From Lachnospiraceae bacterium (GTDB lineage: Bacteria > Bacillota > Clostridia > Lachnospirales > Lachnospiraceae), in NCBI GenBank assembly GCA_017463255.1, contig JAFTPP010000015.1, positions 8,803 to 72,802 of the forward strand: DNA of 64,000 nt, in the 5' to 3' direction. The notes under the pieces are model-generated. The model searched no databases, was not told the DNA's origin, and was given only the letters and a program-made list of their open reading frames with translations. Each line of letters opens with the position of its first letter. The stretch's first letter is position 1. The position numbers and the translations under genes were made by a program. Positions 51,987 to 61,143 of the stretch are shown here, piece by piece.

Positions 51987-54900
51987 ATGTCATTAAAATC
52001 AACATTTTTAAAAGCTGCGATAAATATTTCTATTGCACTAGCCTTTCCGGAAGCAGTAATATTCCAGGGATTGTCAAGTGCTTCATTGGATTTTTTGGCA
52101 GATTGTTATGAGGATAAAAAAGAGAAGAAATCTAATGATATTACTTATAAACTTACGAAATTATATGAAAAATATTTTTCAGAGGCGTATTTGAAGGAAA
52201 ATGGTATTAATTATAAGAAGGTAGAATATTACAAAAGTCAGATTTTGGATGTTCTTGAGTATTCGAAAACAAGCGTTTCGCTTTTGGCGGAATGTAATAA
52301 TGATGCAGTGGCTCTGTGTGATTATATGATTTCGATATATAGAGATAATTGTTTGCATGGTATATTGGAAGATGAGGCGGATATTCGTAAGATATGTATA
52401 TTAATTCTTACGGAGATGATTGAGATTATTTGTTCTGAGCCAAGTTTTCTTTTAGATGGAATATTAGAATTATACCCACGTGTAATTCAAAATGAAAATG
52501 AAATAAGCGAATTAAAGAGATGTGTGGAGTTATTACAACATAAAATACTTCAGGAAGAGCCATTAGTTCCTAAATTTATAACTAATCCCCCATATGCTTT
52601 GGTACGTCATTTCATTGGAAGAGAGAGAAACGTTGAAGAAGCTTTTGAAGCTCTTGTAAATGACCATGCTGTTTTAATGTATGGTATTGGTGGAATTGGT
52701 AAGACTGAGATTGCAAAGCAGGTGATCAATTTAATTATGAATGTGCCTTGTGATAAACATGGTATTGAGCAGATTGCCTGGATAGATTATGACAATAAAG
52801 ATATTCAGACATGCATTGCAAGGTGTATTCTTGCAACTAGCCAAATTACAGATAAGAATGAGGCTTGGATGCATGCATTAAGGATAATTTTAGATGAGGG
52901 AAAGAGATTACTTTTGGTTATAGATAATGTTGAGCGGCTTGATGATGAAAATTTGTTGAGACTTACACAATTACCATGTAAAATTTTACTCACAAGTCGT
53001 GTAAGAGAATTAGCTAACTTTTCTATACTTGAAGTAGAACATTTATCAAAAGCAGAATGCATTACCCTTTTTCAAAAGTATTATACAAAACAGCCAGATA
53101 CTCGGAGAACAATAGAAGAAATTGTTGACTTGGCAGATTATCATACGGTGACAGTAGAACTGTTGGCGAAAATAGCTAATTTAGAAGAATGTTCTCTAAT
53201 GAAATTTTTAGAACGATTAAGGTTGCTAGGTTTTAAACTGAGTGACGAGGAGGTAACAGCAAATCATGAAAAACTTCATAGAGAAGAAAAGATTATACAA
53301 CAGCTTTCAAAATTGTTTTCTATTGTGCATCTTACAAAAGAGGAAGCTTCTTTGATAGTACCTGTATCGGTTATTCCATCCATGGCTTTCTCATACACAA
53401 ATGCAAAGGAGTGGTTTGGTCAGAAAAATCATAAAAACTTAGAGCGTTTAGTAAATACGGGGTGGCTGCAGGATGCTTCAAAGGATGGGGTAAAATATTA
53501 TATGATTCATTCCGTTATTGCCTCGGCTATCCGTTTCCAGTATCAAGAAGTATTATACGAAAAATGTAGAGATTTCATGGTGATACTTACAAAGGAAATG
53601 CAATATCCAAATGATGAACATGGAGCGAGTAAAAAGTATCTTATACAATTTTGCTGGTCAATCAATGACTTGCTTGGGGATCATATGGAAGAAGAGCTGG
53701 ATGCAGATTTTCTTTTGTATTTATCCAGAATTTATTGTGATGTTGCTAATTTTGAACAGGCATTTCAGATACTCCGACGTTGTGTTCGTATCTATAAAAG
53801 AAATGAGGAGTATATTGTAAAATTAATCAGTTGTTATAATCAAATAGGCATCGTATATAAAGGGCAGGATAAAAATAAATATGCATTAACGCAGTATGCT
53901 AAAGCGTTCAAATTGGCAAATAATTATCCTATAGAAGGTGCTCTTTGGGTTACTTTGCTTACCGATGCCGCTTTAGTATTTCTTAAAACAGATGGAGAAA
54001 TGCTTGGAGGATTTGCAGATTGCTATTTTAGAGAGGCTTACAATATTGCTCTTCAAGTATATGGAAATGGTCATTCAGAAACGCGAAAGATTAAAACCTT
54101 ATGGAATCATTGTATTGCGTCTTATGATCCAGAATCTGCAAATCAAAAATTCCTTGATATTATTCAAGAAGAGGAGCAGATATATTCAGAGAATAGTATG
54201 CAATTAGCTGAGACATATGCATCATATGCTATTTTTCTTTACGAAATGGGCGAGTATTCACAGGCTTTAGTTTATATTAATAAAGCCTATAATATTAAGA
54301 ATGTTGTTTTAGGAGAGGAACATCCAGAAACAACAGATTTACGTAATTATCGCGGGTTAATTTTGGAATACATGGGTAGTCGTGATGAAGCAAGGGAGGA
54401 ATTTGAAGTTTGTTTAGAAATTGCCCAAAAAATAGATGGTGAAGAAAGTACGACAGCGGCAGTGGCTTATAATAACTTGGCACTATTTTATTTTGATAGT
54501 GAAGAGTATTCCGCAGCTTTGGAATATTTTAAAATGGCAGAACATATTTATAGGAAATTTCAGAGGTTATATAATGAGGATTTCGTGCAAGGGTTAGCAA
54601 CGGCACTTCGAAATGAAGGGCAGTGTTATAGCGAATTAGCTGATAAAGAGGGTGAAAATTTTATTGTGGCTACTGACAATGCTATAGAAAAATTTAAAGA
54701 AGCTATTAGCATTCTGAATAGTGATTTTATTCGTTATAAATTTGATATTGCACAGGTATACGGAGCACTTGCTTCCACTTATGCACGAAAAGGTTGGAAA
54801 AGAGATGCAGAGTTTAGTTTCAAAAGAGCAATTAAAGATACTATTGATAGTAAGAATGAAACGCATCCGGGATTAGCATATTTATACAATAACTATGCCA

Positions 54901-55064
54901 TGTTTTTAGATGCCATTGATAGGAAAGAAGAAGCACTAGAACATCTTATTAAAGCAGAACAGATACTAGTTGTTAATGGTGTGACTTCGGATAATAATAA
55001 TTTGCGTATCGTTAGGGGAGCTATAATTGCGATTAAGAATAATTTGCAGAAATCCACAGATTGA
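51987..55064 (+). CDS. STAND NTPase: unknown ~215-aa helical N-terminal domain, NB-ARC-like P-loop ATPase, C-terminal TPR array
   Basis: Walker A GIGGIGKTEIAK, Walker B LLLVIDNVE and ILLTSR (NB-ARC-like). The C-terminal repeats are of the kinesin-light-chain TPR type (LA..Y...G.Y..AL....A..I). ATG at 51987 has AGGAGA 7 nt upstream; ATG at 51960 is also possible. Confidence 0.8.
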   Translation: MSLKSTFLKAAINISIALAFPEAVIFQGLSSASLDFLADCYEDKKEKKSNDITYKLTKLYEKYFSEAYLKENGINYKKVEYYKSQILDVLEYSKTSVSLLAECNNDAVALCDYMISIYRDNCLHGILEDEADIRKICILILTEMIEIICSEPSFLLDGILELYPRVIQNENEISELKRCVELLQHKILQEEPLVPKFITNPPYALVRHFIGRERNVEEAFEALVNDHAVLMYGIGGIGKTEIAKQVINLIMNVPCDKHGIEQIAWIDYDNKDIQTCIARCILATSQITDKNEAWMHALRIILDEGKRLLLVIDNVERLDDENLLRLTQLPCKILLTSRVRELANFSILEVEHLSKAECITLFQKYYTKQPDTRRTIEEIVDLADYHTVTVELLAKIANLEECSLMKFLERLRLLGFKLSDEEVTANHEKLHREEKIIQQLSKLFSIVHLTKEEASLIVPVSVIPSMAFSYTNAKEWFGQKNHKNLERLVNTGWLQDASKDGVKYYMIHSVIASAIRFQYQEVLYEKCRDFMVILTKEMQYPNDEHGASKKYLIQFCWSINDLLGDHMEEELDADFLLYLSRIYCDVANFEQAFQILRRCVRIYKRNEEYIVKLISCYNQIGIVYKGQDKNKYALTQYAKAFKLANNYPIEGALWVTLLTDAALVFLKTDGEMLGGFADCYFREAYNIALQVYGNGHSETRKIKTLWNHCIASYDPESANQKFLDIIQEEEQIYSENSMQLAETYASYAIFLYEMGEYSQALVYINKAYNIKNVVLGEEHPETTDLRNYRGLILEYMGSRDEAREEFEVCLEIAQKIDGEESTTAAVAYNNLALFYFDSEEYSAALEYFKMAEHIYRKFQRLYNEDFVQGLATALRNEGQCYSELADKEGENFIVATDNAIEKFKEAISILNSDFIRYKFDIAQVYGALASTYARKGWKRDAEFSFKRAIKDTIDSKNETHPGLAYLYNNYAMFLDAIDRKEEALEHLIKAEQILVVNGVTSDNNNLRIVRGAIIAIKNNLQKSTD

Positions 55065-55348
55065 AAGTAGTAATATTTTCTATTCGCGGTACAAATCACA
55101 TGAAATAATCATAATTGTCAATGATGTGATATACTATATATCAAAGAATTTATAAAGAAACATATTTGTATTTGAGGTGTCTTGTGACAATAGAAGAATT
55201 TAATAATTGCGGTAAGAAAATAGATGTGGAATTTAAGAAGACAGAGAATATTACTACTTCTATCAATAATGTAATAGGAAGTACAAATAATGTGGAAAGT
55301 ATTATTGCAAAATAGTATGAGTATTCCAGTGTAAAAGAATTATATGAA

Positions 55349-55423
55349 ATCGTATATTATCATTATCTTATCCACCACACAAAAATGATAGGAAGATAAG
55401 TTGGATAATATACGATTTTTTTT
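55349..55423. terminator. long imperfect hairpin plus T8 run between the STAND gene region and the recombinase 3' end
   Basis: atcgtatattatc ... gataatatacgat arms (55349-55361 / 55404-55416) with inner cttatc/gataag pairing, then tttttttt. Confidence 0.6.
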
Positions 55424-56342
55424 ATATATGAAAATCTTTTCTAGGATGTTTAGAGGTAAGAATATCTCTTTGTTTGGACATTGCAACATGTGTATATATT
55501 TCTGTAATGTTTATGGAGCTATGACCTAACATTTCTTGAATGTAACGTATATTAACATCAGCTTCTAAAAGGCAGGTTGCAAAAGTATGCCGAAACATGT
55601 GTGGTGTGATGTGTAGTTCTATTGCGGCAAGTGAAGTGTATTTGTTAATCATTCTTCGAACTGCTTGATCAGACAGTGGTCTGCCGGATTGATTCACAAA
55701 GAAACAATTGCATGCTTGAATTTCATTTACGAAGTCTTCCTTATATTCTTGTAAAATTGTAATCACGTCATCATTTCCTATTTGAATTTTTCGCTCTTTT
55801 GAACCTTTTCCATAGATTAAAATTGTTTTCTCGTACAGATTGACATCAAATGGTTTTAGAGAACATAATTCGGTGACTCGAATACCGGTTGCAAATAGAA
55901 GTTCAATTATGGTAGCGTCTCTTAAGGCATTTCGCTTTTGGAATGTAGTAGGAGCAGTAGTACGTTGAGTGTAAATTGTGGATAAAAATGTTTCTACTAT
56001 GTACAAGGGTATCGTTTTAGGTAGAATGGCAGGCTCGCGAAACTTTATTTGAATCCGATTAAATGGATTTCTTTCAATTATTTCTTTGTATTCAAGATAG
56101 CGAAAAAATGCTTTTGTAGACGCTAGCTTTCTTTTTACAGTTTTAGGTTTGTATGTTTGATGGAGTTCTGCTATATATTGTTCAATTATATCAGGGGTGA
56201 TTCGGGTTATTTCAGTTGTTGGAATGTCTGAACAAAACTGTTTCAAATCTATTTGGTATGCTTTTAGGGTTTTTGAATCAAGACGTTTTTGTTCTTGGCA
56301 GTAAATGAGGTAATTATTGATTTGATTTTGTAAACTATTCAT
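55422..56342 (-). CDS. site-specific tyrosine recombinase, XerC/XerD-like (306 aa, no arm-binding domain)
   Basis: SAM-like N-domain (KTLKAYQIDLKQF). Catalytic motifs ATGIRVTELCSL (Arg), HMFRHTFAT (HxxR) and LGHSSINITEIYTHV (Tyr). Confidence 0.88.
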   Translation of the reverse strand: MNSLQNQINNYLIYCQEQKRLDSKTLKAYQIDLKQFCSDIPTTEITRITPDIIEQYIAELHQTYKPKTVKRKLASTKAFFRYLEYKEIIERNPFNRIQIKFREPAILPKTIPLYIVETFLSTIYTQRTTAPTTFQKRNALRDATIIELLFATGIRVTELCSLKPFDVNLYEKTILIYGKGSKERKIQIGNDDVITILQEYKEDFVNEIQACNCFFVNQSGRPLSDQAVRRMINKYTSLAAIELHITPHMFRHTFATCLLEADVNIRYIQEMLGHSSINITEIYTHVAMSKQRDILTSKHPRKDFHI

Positions 56343-56433
56343 GTTGATTTCTCCTTGTGTGCATCTATAAGTATTTTGGTTACATATTAATATAACACAG
56401 CTGGAAATAGATGATATAATGTAGTAAAATAAA

Positions 56434-56463
56434 TGAAGGATAATCGTTTGTTATCCGTTAAAT
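56434..56463 (+). repeat. left copy of perfect 30-nt inverted repeat (TGAAGGATAATCGTTTGTTATCCGTTAAAT) with internal dyad GGATAA-N7-TTATCC
   Basis: Read directly. Exact reverse complement at 61114-61143. Lies 23 nt upstream of the STAND ATG (56487) and 91 nt from the recombinase start codon. Confidence 0.9.
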
Positions 56464-56486
56464 ATATAAAATATTAGGAGAAACAA

Positions 56487-58880
56487 ATGGGATTTTACAA
56501 AGAAGAAAAAGTGCAAAATATAGATAGGGTATTTTTAGATAGAGAGGATATTTTAAAAAAAATAGAAGAAAATGTACTTTCATATAAAGACAATGAAAGA
56601 TTCTACAAACTATTCTCATTCTATGGCATGGGTGGAATAGGAAAAAGTCGATTAGTTAGTCAGATTTATGATACATATAATGGTACAGATTTAACATTAT
56701 ATAAATTTCATTTAGAAATATTGAATCACGAAACAATACCTTCTATTTTATTACATATCAGAAGAGAGTTTTCGTATACTCCTCATTTTGACTACGTTCT
56801 GCTTAGATATTGGGATTTTATTAATTATGACAGGGCTAACAAAGAGATCTTTGAAAATGTCATAAGTAAATCTATTAGATTAATAAGTAGTACAGTCGGT
56901 AATCTTCTATTATCTGGCTGCTGTAACCTGGAGAACATTGTTAAAATAATATTAGAGGAATACGAGGAGAGAGAAATTAATAGCGACGAAATAGATGATG
57001 TTACCAAATTGCTACAGGGGAAAATTGAAGATTTGCATTATTATATGTCTAAAACCCTAGCACAAGACATTGAAAAAGAAATTAAAGAATTAAAACATCT
57101 TTTCATATTTGACGCATATAATCGGGATAGAACTTCTAGAAAATATGACTGGCTAAAATATTTTATTAATAATTTTGAGAACGGAATGTTTATTGTCACT
57201 TCAAGAGAACCGTTAGAATGGTTTGAACAATGCAAAGTAGATACGTCTGTGGTGGAAAATATTCCTATAGATTCTATTCCGCAAGATGTTGTACGAGAGT
57301 ATTTGTTAGAACAAAAGTATAGTAATAATCAAATTAATTTGATTATTGAGAAAACTGATTGTATTCCATTGTACTTAGACATAGCATTAAGAATTTCAGA
57401 AAAAGGCTTCGGTAATGAGACGTTTGTAGGATTTTATGATAAAAAAGATTTAGTAAAACATTTGCTTAGCCATTTATCATCGGACGAACAAATTATTATA
57501 GAATATTTAGCAGTAGTTAGGTTATTTAACGAAGAAATATATAATAATGCATTAGAATTTAATAAACTATCATATTTAAATCATTCTTTTTCTAAATTTA
57601 AAGAATGTACTATTTTGCGTTATGTTGAAGAATTTAATGGATTATATAAGATACATTCTATCTTAGCAAATAATATTTCTGTTCTGATGGAGAAACGTTT
57701 ACGTCATAAAATAATAGAAGACTATATTAACTTCATTTGGGCAAGAATCACCACTAGTGAATTATTATATAATGATATAAAATATAACTTCGTTTTGAAC
57801 GTTTACATTTTAGTAGAAAAGGAACACATATCTGTGGATAAGGATATTTCAGAAAAACTGCTAGATATGTATTTCTATTTAGTTGATAAAAGTTATGAAA
57901 TGGAATTTATTAACCGTGTTATTTCTTTGGAAAACGAAGAACAGAGCCCATTAAAGTATATTTATCAATATTTTAAAGGGAATACGGAGAGATTAAGTAA
58001 TATTAAAAAAGGACTACGAAGTTTAGAAAGTATTCCAATTTCTGAATGTAATTTTGGAAAGCATATAAACTCTCTACAATGTGACATTAACTATTTATTG
58101 TCCATATCTGGTAAATATAATGAAGCAGAAGAAAAGATGGATGAATTTGTAAAAAAATTAAAAGAAAGTGACGTTGGTGAACGTTATTATCTAAAAGGCA
58201 TTATTTATGATTGTGACATGAAAATGTTACGCGGAAAATTCAATTCATCTATTGAAGGATTATTACTTTTAATAAACCAAGAGACAAATCAGAACCTTTT
58301 ATTTGAAATTAACAAAGCGATTGGACACAGCTATCGATTTAATTTTCTTTTAGATAAGGCGATTGAACAGTATTCAATATGTGGCATAGATAAGAATTTA
58401 GACTATTATCTTACTGTATATTGTGAAACAAATTGTTACTTTAATCCAAAAAAAGTGTTTAAATATTATAACCACGCAATAGAAGAAAATAGAAAACATA
58501 ACAACCATAATAATCTTGGAAAAATATATTATTCGATGGCAATTGCAAAAATTGTTAAAACAGAATATTTGTCAGCAGAAAAATATATAAAAAAGGCATA
58601 CACTGAGTTTAAGGGCACAAAATATCAAGCGGGAAATTTATTTGTTTTAATTGCAGAAGCCTATTTAGAATATGGCAAATTTAGAAGAATATCGTCTAAG
58701 ACAATTAAGAAAATTACTGAATATGTAGATGGTATAAATGGAATATACGAATATCTTCTCTTGCCACTATATGTAGCAAGAAAAGATATTAACAAAGTAA
58801 ATGAATTCAAAGAAAAGTTTGAATGGATTTCATATAATGAAACTATTGAAAATATAAATACATTTATTAATCAACTATAA
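56487..58880 (+). CDS. STAND-type P-loop ATPase without N-terminal effector domain, C-terminal helical/TPR-like repeats
   Basis: Walker A at residue ~47 (YGMGGIGKSRLV), Walker B HLFIFDAYN, MFIVTSREP. Long AT-rich helical C-terminal region with TPR-like segments. Confidence 0.75.
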   Translation: MGFYKEEKVQNIDRVFLDREDILKKIEENVLSYKDNERFYKLFSFYGMGGIGKSRLVSQIYDTYNGTDLTLYKFHLEILNHETIPSILLHIRREFSYTPHFDYVLLRYWDFINYDRANKEIFENVISKSIRLISSTVGNLLLSGCCNLENIVKIILEEYEEREINSDEIDDVTKLLQGKIEDLHYYMSKTLAQDIEKEIKELKHLFIFDAYNRDRTSRKYDWLKYFINNFENGMFIVTSREPLEWFEQCKVDTSVVENIPIDSIPQDVVREYLLEQKYSNNQINLIIEKTDCIPLYLDIALRISEKGFGNETFVGFYDKKDLVKHLLSHLSSDEQIIIEYLAVVRLFNEEIYNNALEFNKLSYLNHSFSKFKECTILRYVEEFNGLYKIHSILANNISVLMEKRLRHKIIEDYINFIWARITTSELLYNDIKYNFVLNVYILVEKEHISVDKDISEKLLDMYFYLVDKSYEMEFINRVISLENEEQSPLKYIYQYFKGNTERLSNIKKGLRSLESIPISECNFGKHINSLQCDINYLLSISGKYNEAEEKMDEFVKKLKESDVGERYYLKGIIYDCDMKMLRGKFNSSIEGLLLLINQETNQNLLFEINKAIGHSYRFNFLLDKAIEQYSICGIDKNLDYYLTVYCETNCYFNPKKVFKYYNHAIEENRKHNNHNNLGKIYYSMAIAKIVKTEYLSAEKYIKKAYTEFKGTKYQAGNLFVLIAEAYLEYGKFRRISSKTIKKITEYVDGINGIYEYLLLPLYVARKDINKVNEFKEKFEWISYNETIENINTFINQL

Positions 58881-59862
58881 ATTGTATAATCTGTTTTGGC
58901 TGGCAGCATTTGTTCTTTTCAGCAAAAGGAATATTTATATCATTGGTTTCATATATTTGAAATAATACATCATAATCTGATATCCAATTATTTCTTATAT
59001 ACTTTTCAGCAACTTTTAAGTTTGTTTTTGAACCGTTACGTAAAGGAAAGTAGACCATACTTTCCTTTTTTACTAATGCCTCATATATTCCAGATGTTTC
59101 TTGACCATAAAGGTGACTAAACGAACATAGAGATTGATTATAAGCAGATTTATGGATGCATTCTAATAAACCATCGGAACTATTAGTTGCTTCTATTATT
59201 AAATCATATTCTATGTTGGGTTTAGCTTCTTTACATAAAAATAAATTTACAATATTAGTTCGTTTAGCTTCATTTATGTCATATATATATACGTTTTTTT
59301 TTATACAACAACTTAAATAGAATGTACACAACATTCCTATATTTCCTGTTCCATACACTAGAATGGAATTGAGTTTTGTTATATCATAATGATTCATTGC
59401 GTGTATTATACAAGATAGTGGTTCGATACATGTTGCCCTATAAATATACTGTGATGAAATATTAGTCTTTACCAAATAACTATAGTGTATATCTGCATAT
59501 ATAGAAAAGGCTCGATTGGTAAATAACGCAATATCATTGTCTTTACATAAATGGCTCTTATTTTGATTACAGTATTCACATTCCATGCATCTATAATTAA
59601 AATCTGAAACAACAAAATCTCCAATGTCGTAATCTAAGCAAACATCGCAATTATAATCTAAGACTTCTGCAACAAATTCATGGCCTAACGAAACTGGATA
59701 ATTTTTTCTATATCCTAAAAACTGAGAATAGTCGCCTCCACATATTCCACAGTATAGATATTTAACACGTACATAATTGAGAGGTATCTCATTGGGTAGA
59801 TTAGTAGATACATTAACAAAATTATGTGCGTTTTTAAGATATGAAACAATATTTTTAGGCAT
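58867..59862 (-). CDS. zinc-dependent medium-chain dehydrogenase/reductase (threonine/sorbitol dehydrogenase-like)
   Basis: CGICGGD, GHEF, structural Zn lobe CMECEYCNQNKSHLC, Rossmann GTGNIG. Start ATG overlaps the upstream gene by 8 nt, with an AAAGGAG RBS. Confidence 0.8.
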   Translation of the reverse strand: MPKNIVSYLKNAHNFVNVSTNLPNEIPLNYVRVKYLYCGICGGDYSQFLGYRKNYPVSLGHEFVAEVLDYNCDVCLDYDIGDFVVSDFNYRCMECEYCNQNKSHLCKDNDIALFTNRAFSIYADIHYSYLVKTNISSQYIYRATCIEPLSCIIHAMNHYDITKLNSILVYGTGNIGMLCTFYLSCCIKKNVYIYDINEAKRTNIVNLFLCKEAKPNIEYDLIIEATNSSDGLLECIHKSAYNQSLCSFSHLYGQETSGIYEALVKKESMVYFPLRNGSKTNLKVAEKYIRNNWISDYDVLFQIYETNDINIPFAEKNKCCQPKQIIQFIVD

Positions 59863-61096
59863 TATCGACTCCTTTAATTTCTATAATAAATTGCTCTATT
59901 TCCTTATGTAACGAAGAACTATATTCTATTTCATAATACGAAGTTGCGAGTAAAGATGCAAGTTTAGGAATATCATTTTCGCATAATCCACACACGGTAG
60001 CTGCTGATAAGCCTAGACGAATACCATAGCCTAAATCATAAGGAAGTAATCTATAATTTGTTAAAAATCCGTATTTCCCCCAACGCTTATATAATTCAAA
60101 TGCGTCTTTTTTATCTGCACACTGAATCCAAATATGATGGGTATGCGTTTCTGATGGATACAATTCACATTGTTGTACAACATTCAATCCATGTCGTATC
60201 AATTCTTTTTTTAATAATTCCGTATTTATTAACATTTGGGTCGATAATGTTTTATATGTCTCAAACTTATCTAACATTAATCCTAAAGAGTAGATTGCGT
60301 ATGGATGCATATTTGAGACATAAGTTCCAATATTTGAATAGATTTTCTCCCACATAGCATCTTTTTCTTTTGAACAATATAATGCACGTTGAGGTCCGGG
60401 GAAATTTTTATGTGTGGTAGATAAAATTGCATCAAATCCCATATCAAATGGAGAAACATAATCGCCTGCTAATATATTCGTTAGATACTGAGACGCATCA
60501 TAAATTTTATAAATTTCTTTATATTCCGATAGCCATGAAAAATCTTCGTAAATCATTCCCTCGCTTCTATCAATAAAAATAACCTTAGGGTTTACTCGTT
60601 CTATTAGTTGCTTGCTTTTCATAACATCGATGCGTTTATTACTGTAATCAATTTCCAACTCATATACATTTAGCCCTAATCGTTCTAGAATAGTTTTTGT
60701 TGCCATGTGCCCACCAGCCTTTTCTGGCAAAATAATAACAGTATCGTTGATGCTTGTAATGGACATGAAAACCGTTGTATGTGCGTGTAATCCTGAAAAA
60801 AAGCGCATAGATATAGTTTTTGCATTTAAAATTTCACACCATGAGTTATAAATTTTATCAATATCGTAGGCAATTACATCTCGATTGGCAAACTGGATTT
60901 TTGTATTTAATTGTTGCTCGCTCGAACGCATTTTATCACTGTTATAGATCCCATATATAAAACCAGTTCCTAATTCTATGCATTCTAAATCTGGAACATT
61001 TTCTACAGGATTCAATATTAATTGCTTTTTGGAAAGCTCTTCTTGCTGTTTTAATCCATTTTTAAGTGACTCTACAAGTTTGGTATATTTCCCCAT
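59855..61096 (-). CDS. serine hydroxymethyltransferase-fold PLP-dependent enzyme (divergent GlyA-like)
   Basis: LSTTHKNFPGPQRA matches the SHMT PLP-lysine motif (TTTHKTLRGPR). LNPVEN resembles the SHMT N-terminal LI(A/P)SEN. Start at MGKYTKL, with AAAGGGGA upstream. Confidence 0.7.
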   Translation of the reverse strand: MGKYTKLVESLKNGLKQQEELSKKQLILNPVENVPDLECIELGTGFIYGIYNSDKMRSSEQQLNTKIQFANRDVIAYDIDKIYNSWCEILNAKTISMRFFSGLHAHTTVFMSITSINDTVIILPEKAGGHMATKTILERLGLNVYELEIDYSNKRIDVMKSKQLIERVNPKVIFIDRSEGMIYEDFSWLSEYKEIYKIYDASQYLTNILAGDYVSPFDMGFDAILSTTHKNFPGPQRALYCSKEKDAMWEKIYSNIGTYVSNMHPYAIYSLGLMLDKFETYKTLSTQMLINTELLKKELIRHGLNVVQQCELYPSETHTHHIWIQCADKKDAFELYKRWGKYGFLTNYRLLPYDLGYGIRLGLSAATVCGLCENDIPKLASLLATSYYEIEYSSSLHKEIEQFIIEIKGVDNA

Positions 61097-61113
61097 TTCT
61101 TGTTCCCCTTTCA

Positions 61114-61143
61114 ATTTAACGGATAACAAACGATTATCCTTCA
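61114..61143 (-). repeat. right copy (reverse complement) of the perfect 30-nt inverted repeat
   Basis: The plus strand reads atttaacggataacaaacgattatccttca. Lies 17 nt upstream of the SHMT-like ATG on the minus strand. Confidence 0.9.

Noticed and set aside
55184-55315. Possible 43-aa peptide (GTG start, GAGGTG RBS; VTIEEFNNCGKKIDVEFKKTENITTSINNVIGSTNNVESIIAK) downstream of the NB-ARC/TPR gene
   Set aside because: It is too short and has no TM segment or motif. It cannot be supported without conservation or expression data. It is noted in case it is a small partner of the STAND protein.
56434-61143. Interpreting the 30-nt inverted repeat pair as a transcription terminator or as transposon terminal inverted repeats
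   Set aside because: The arms are 4.65 kb apart, so they cannot form a terminator. No transposase lies between them and no flanking target-site duplication was seen. The recombinase-site or shared-operator readings fit better.
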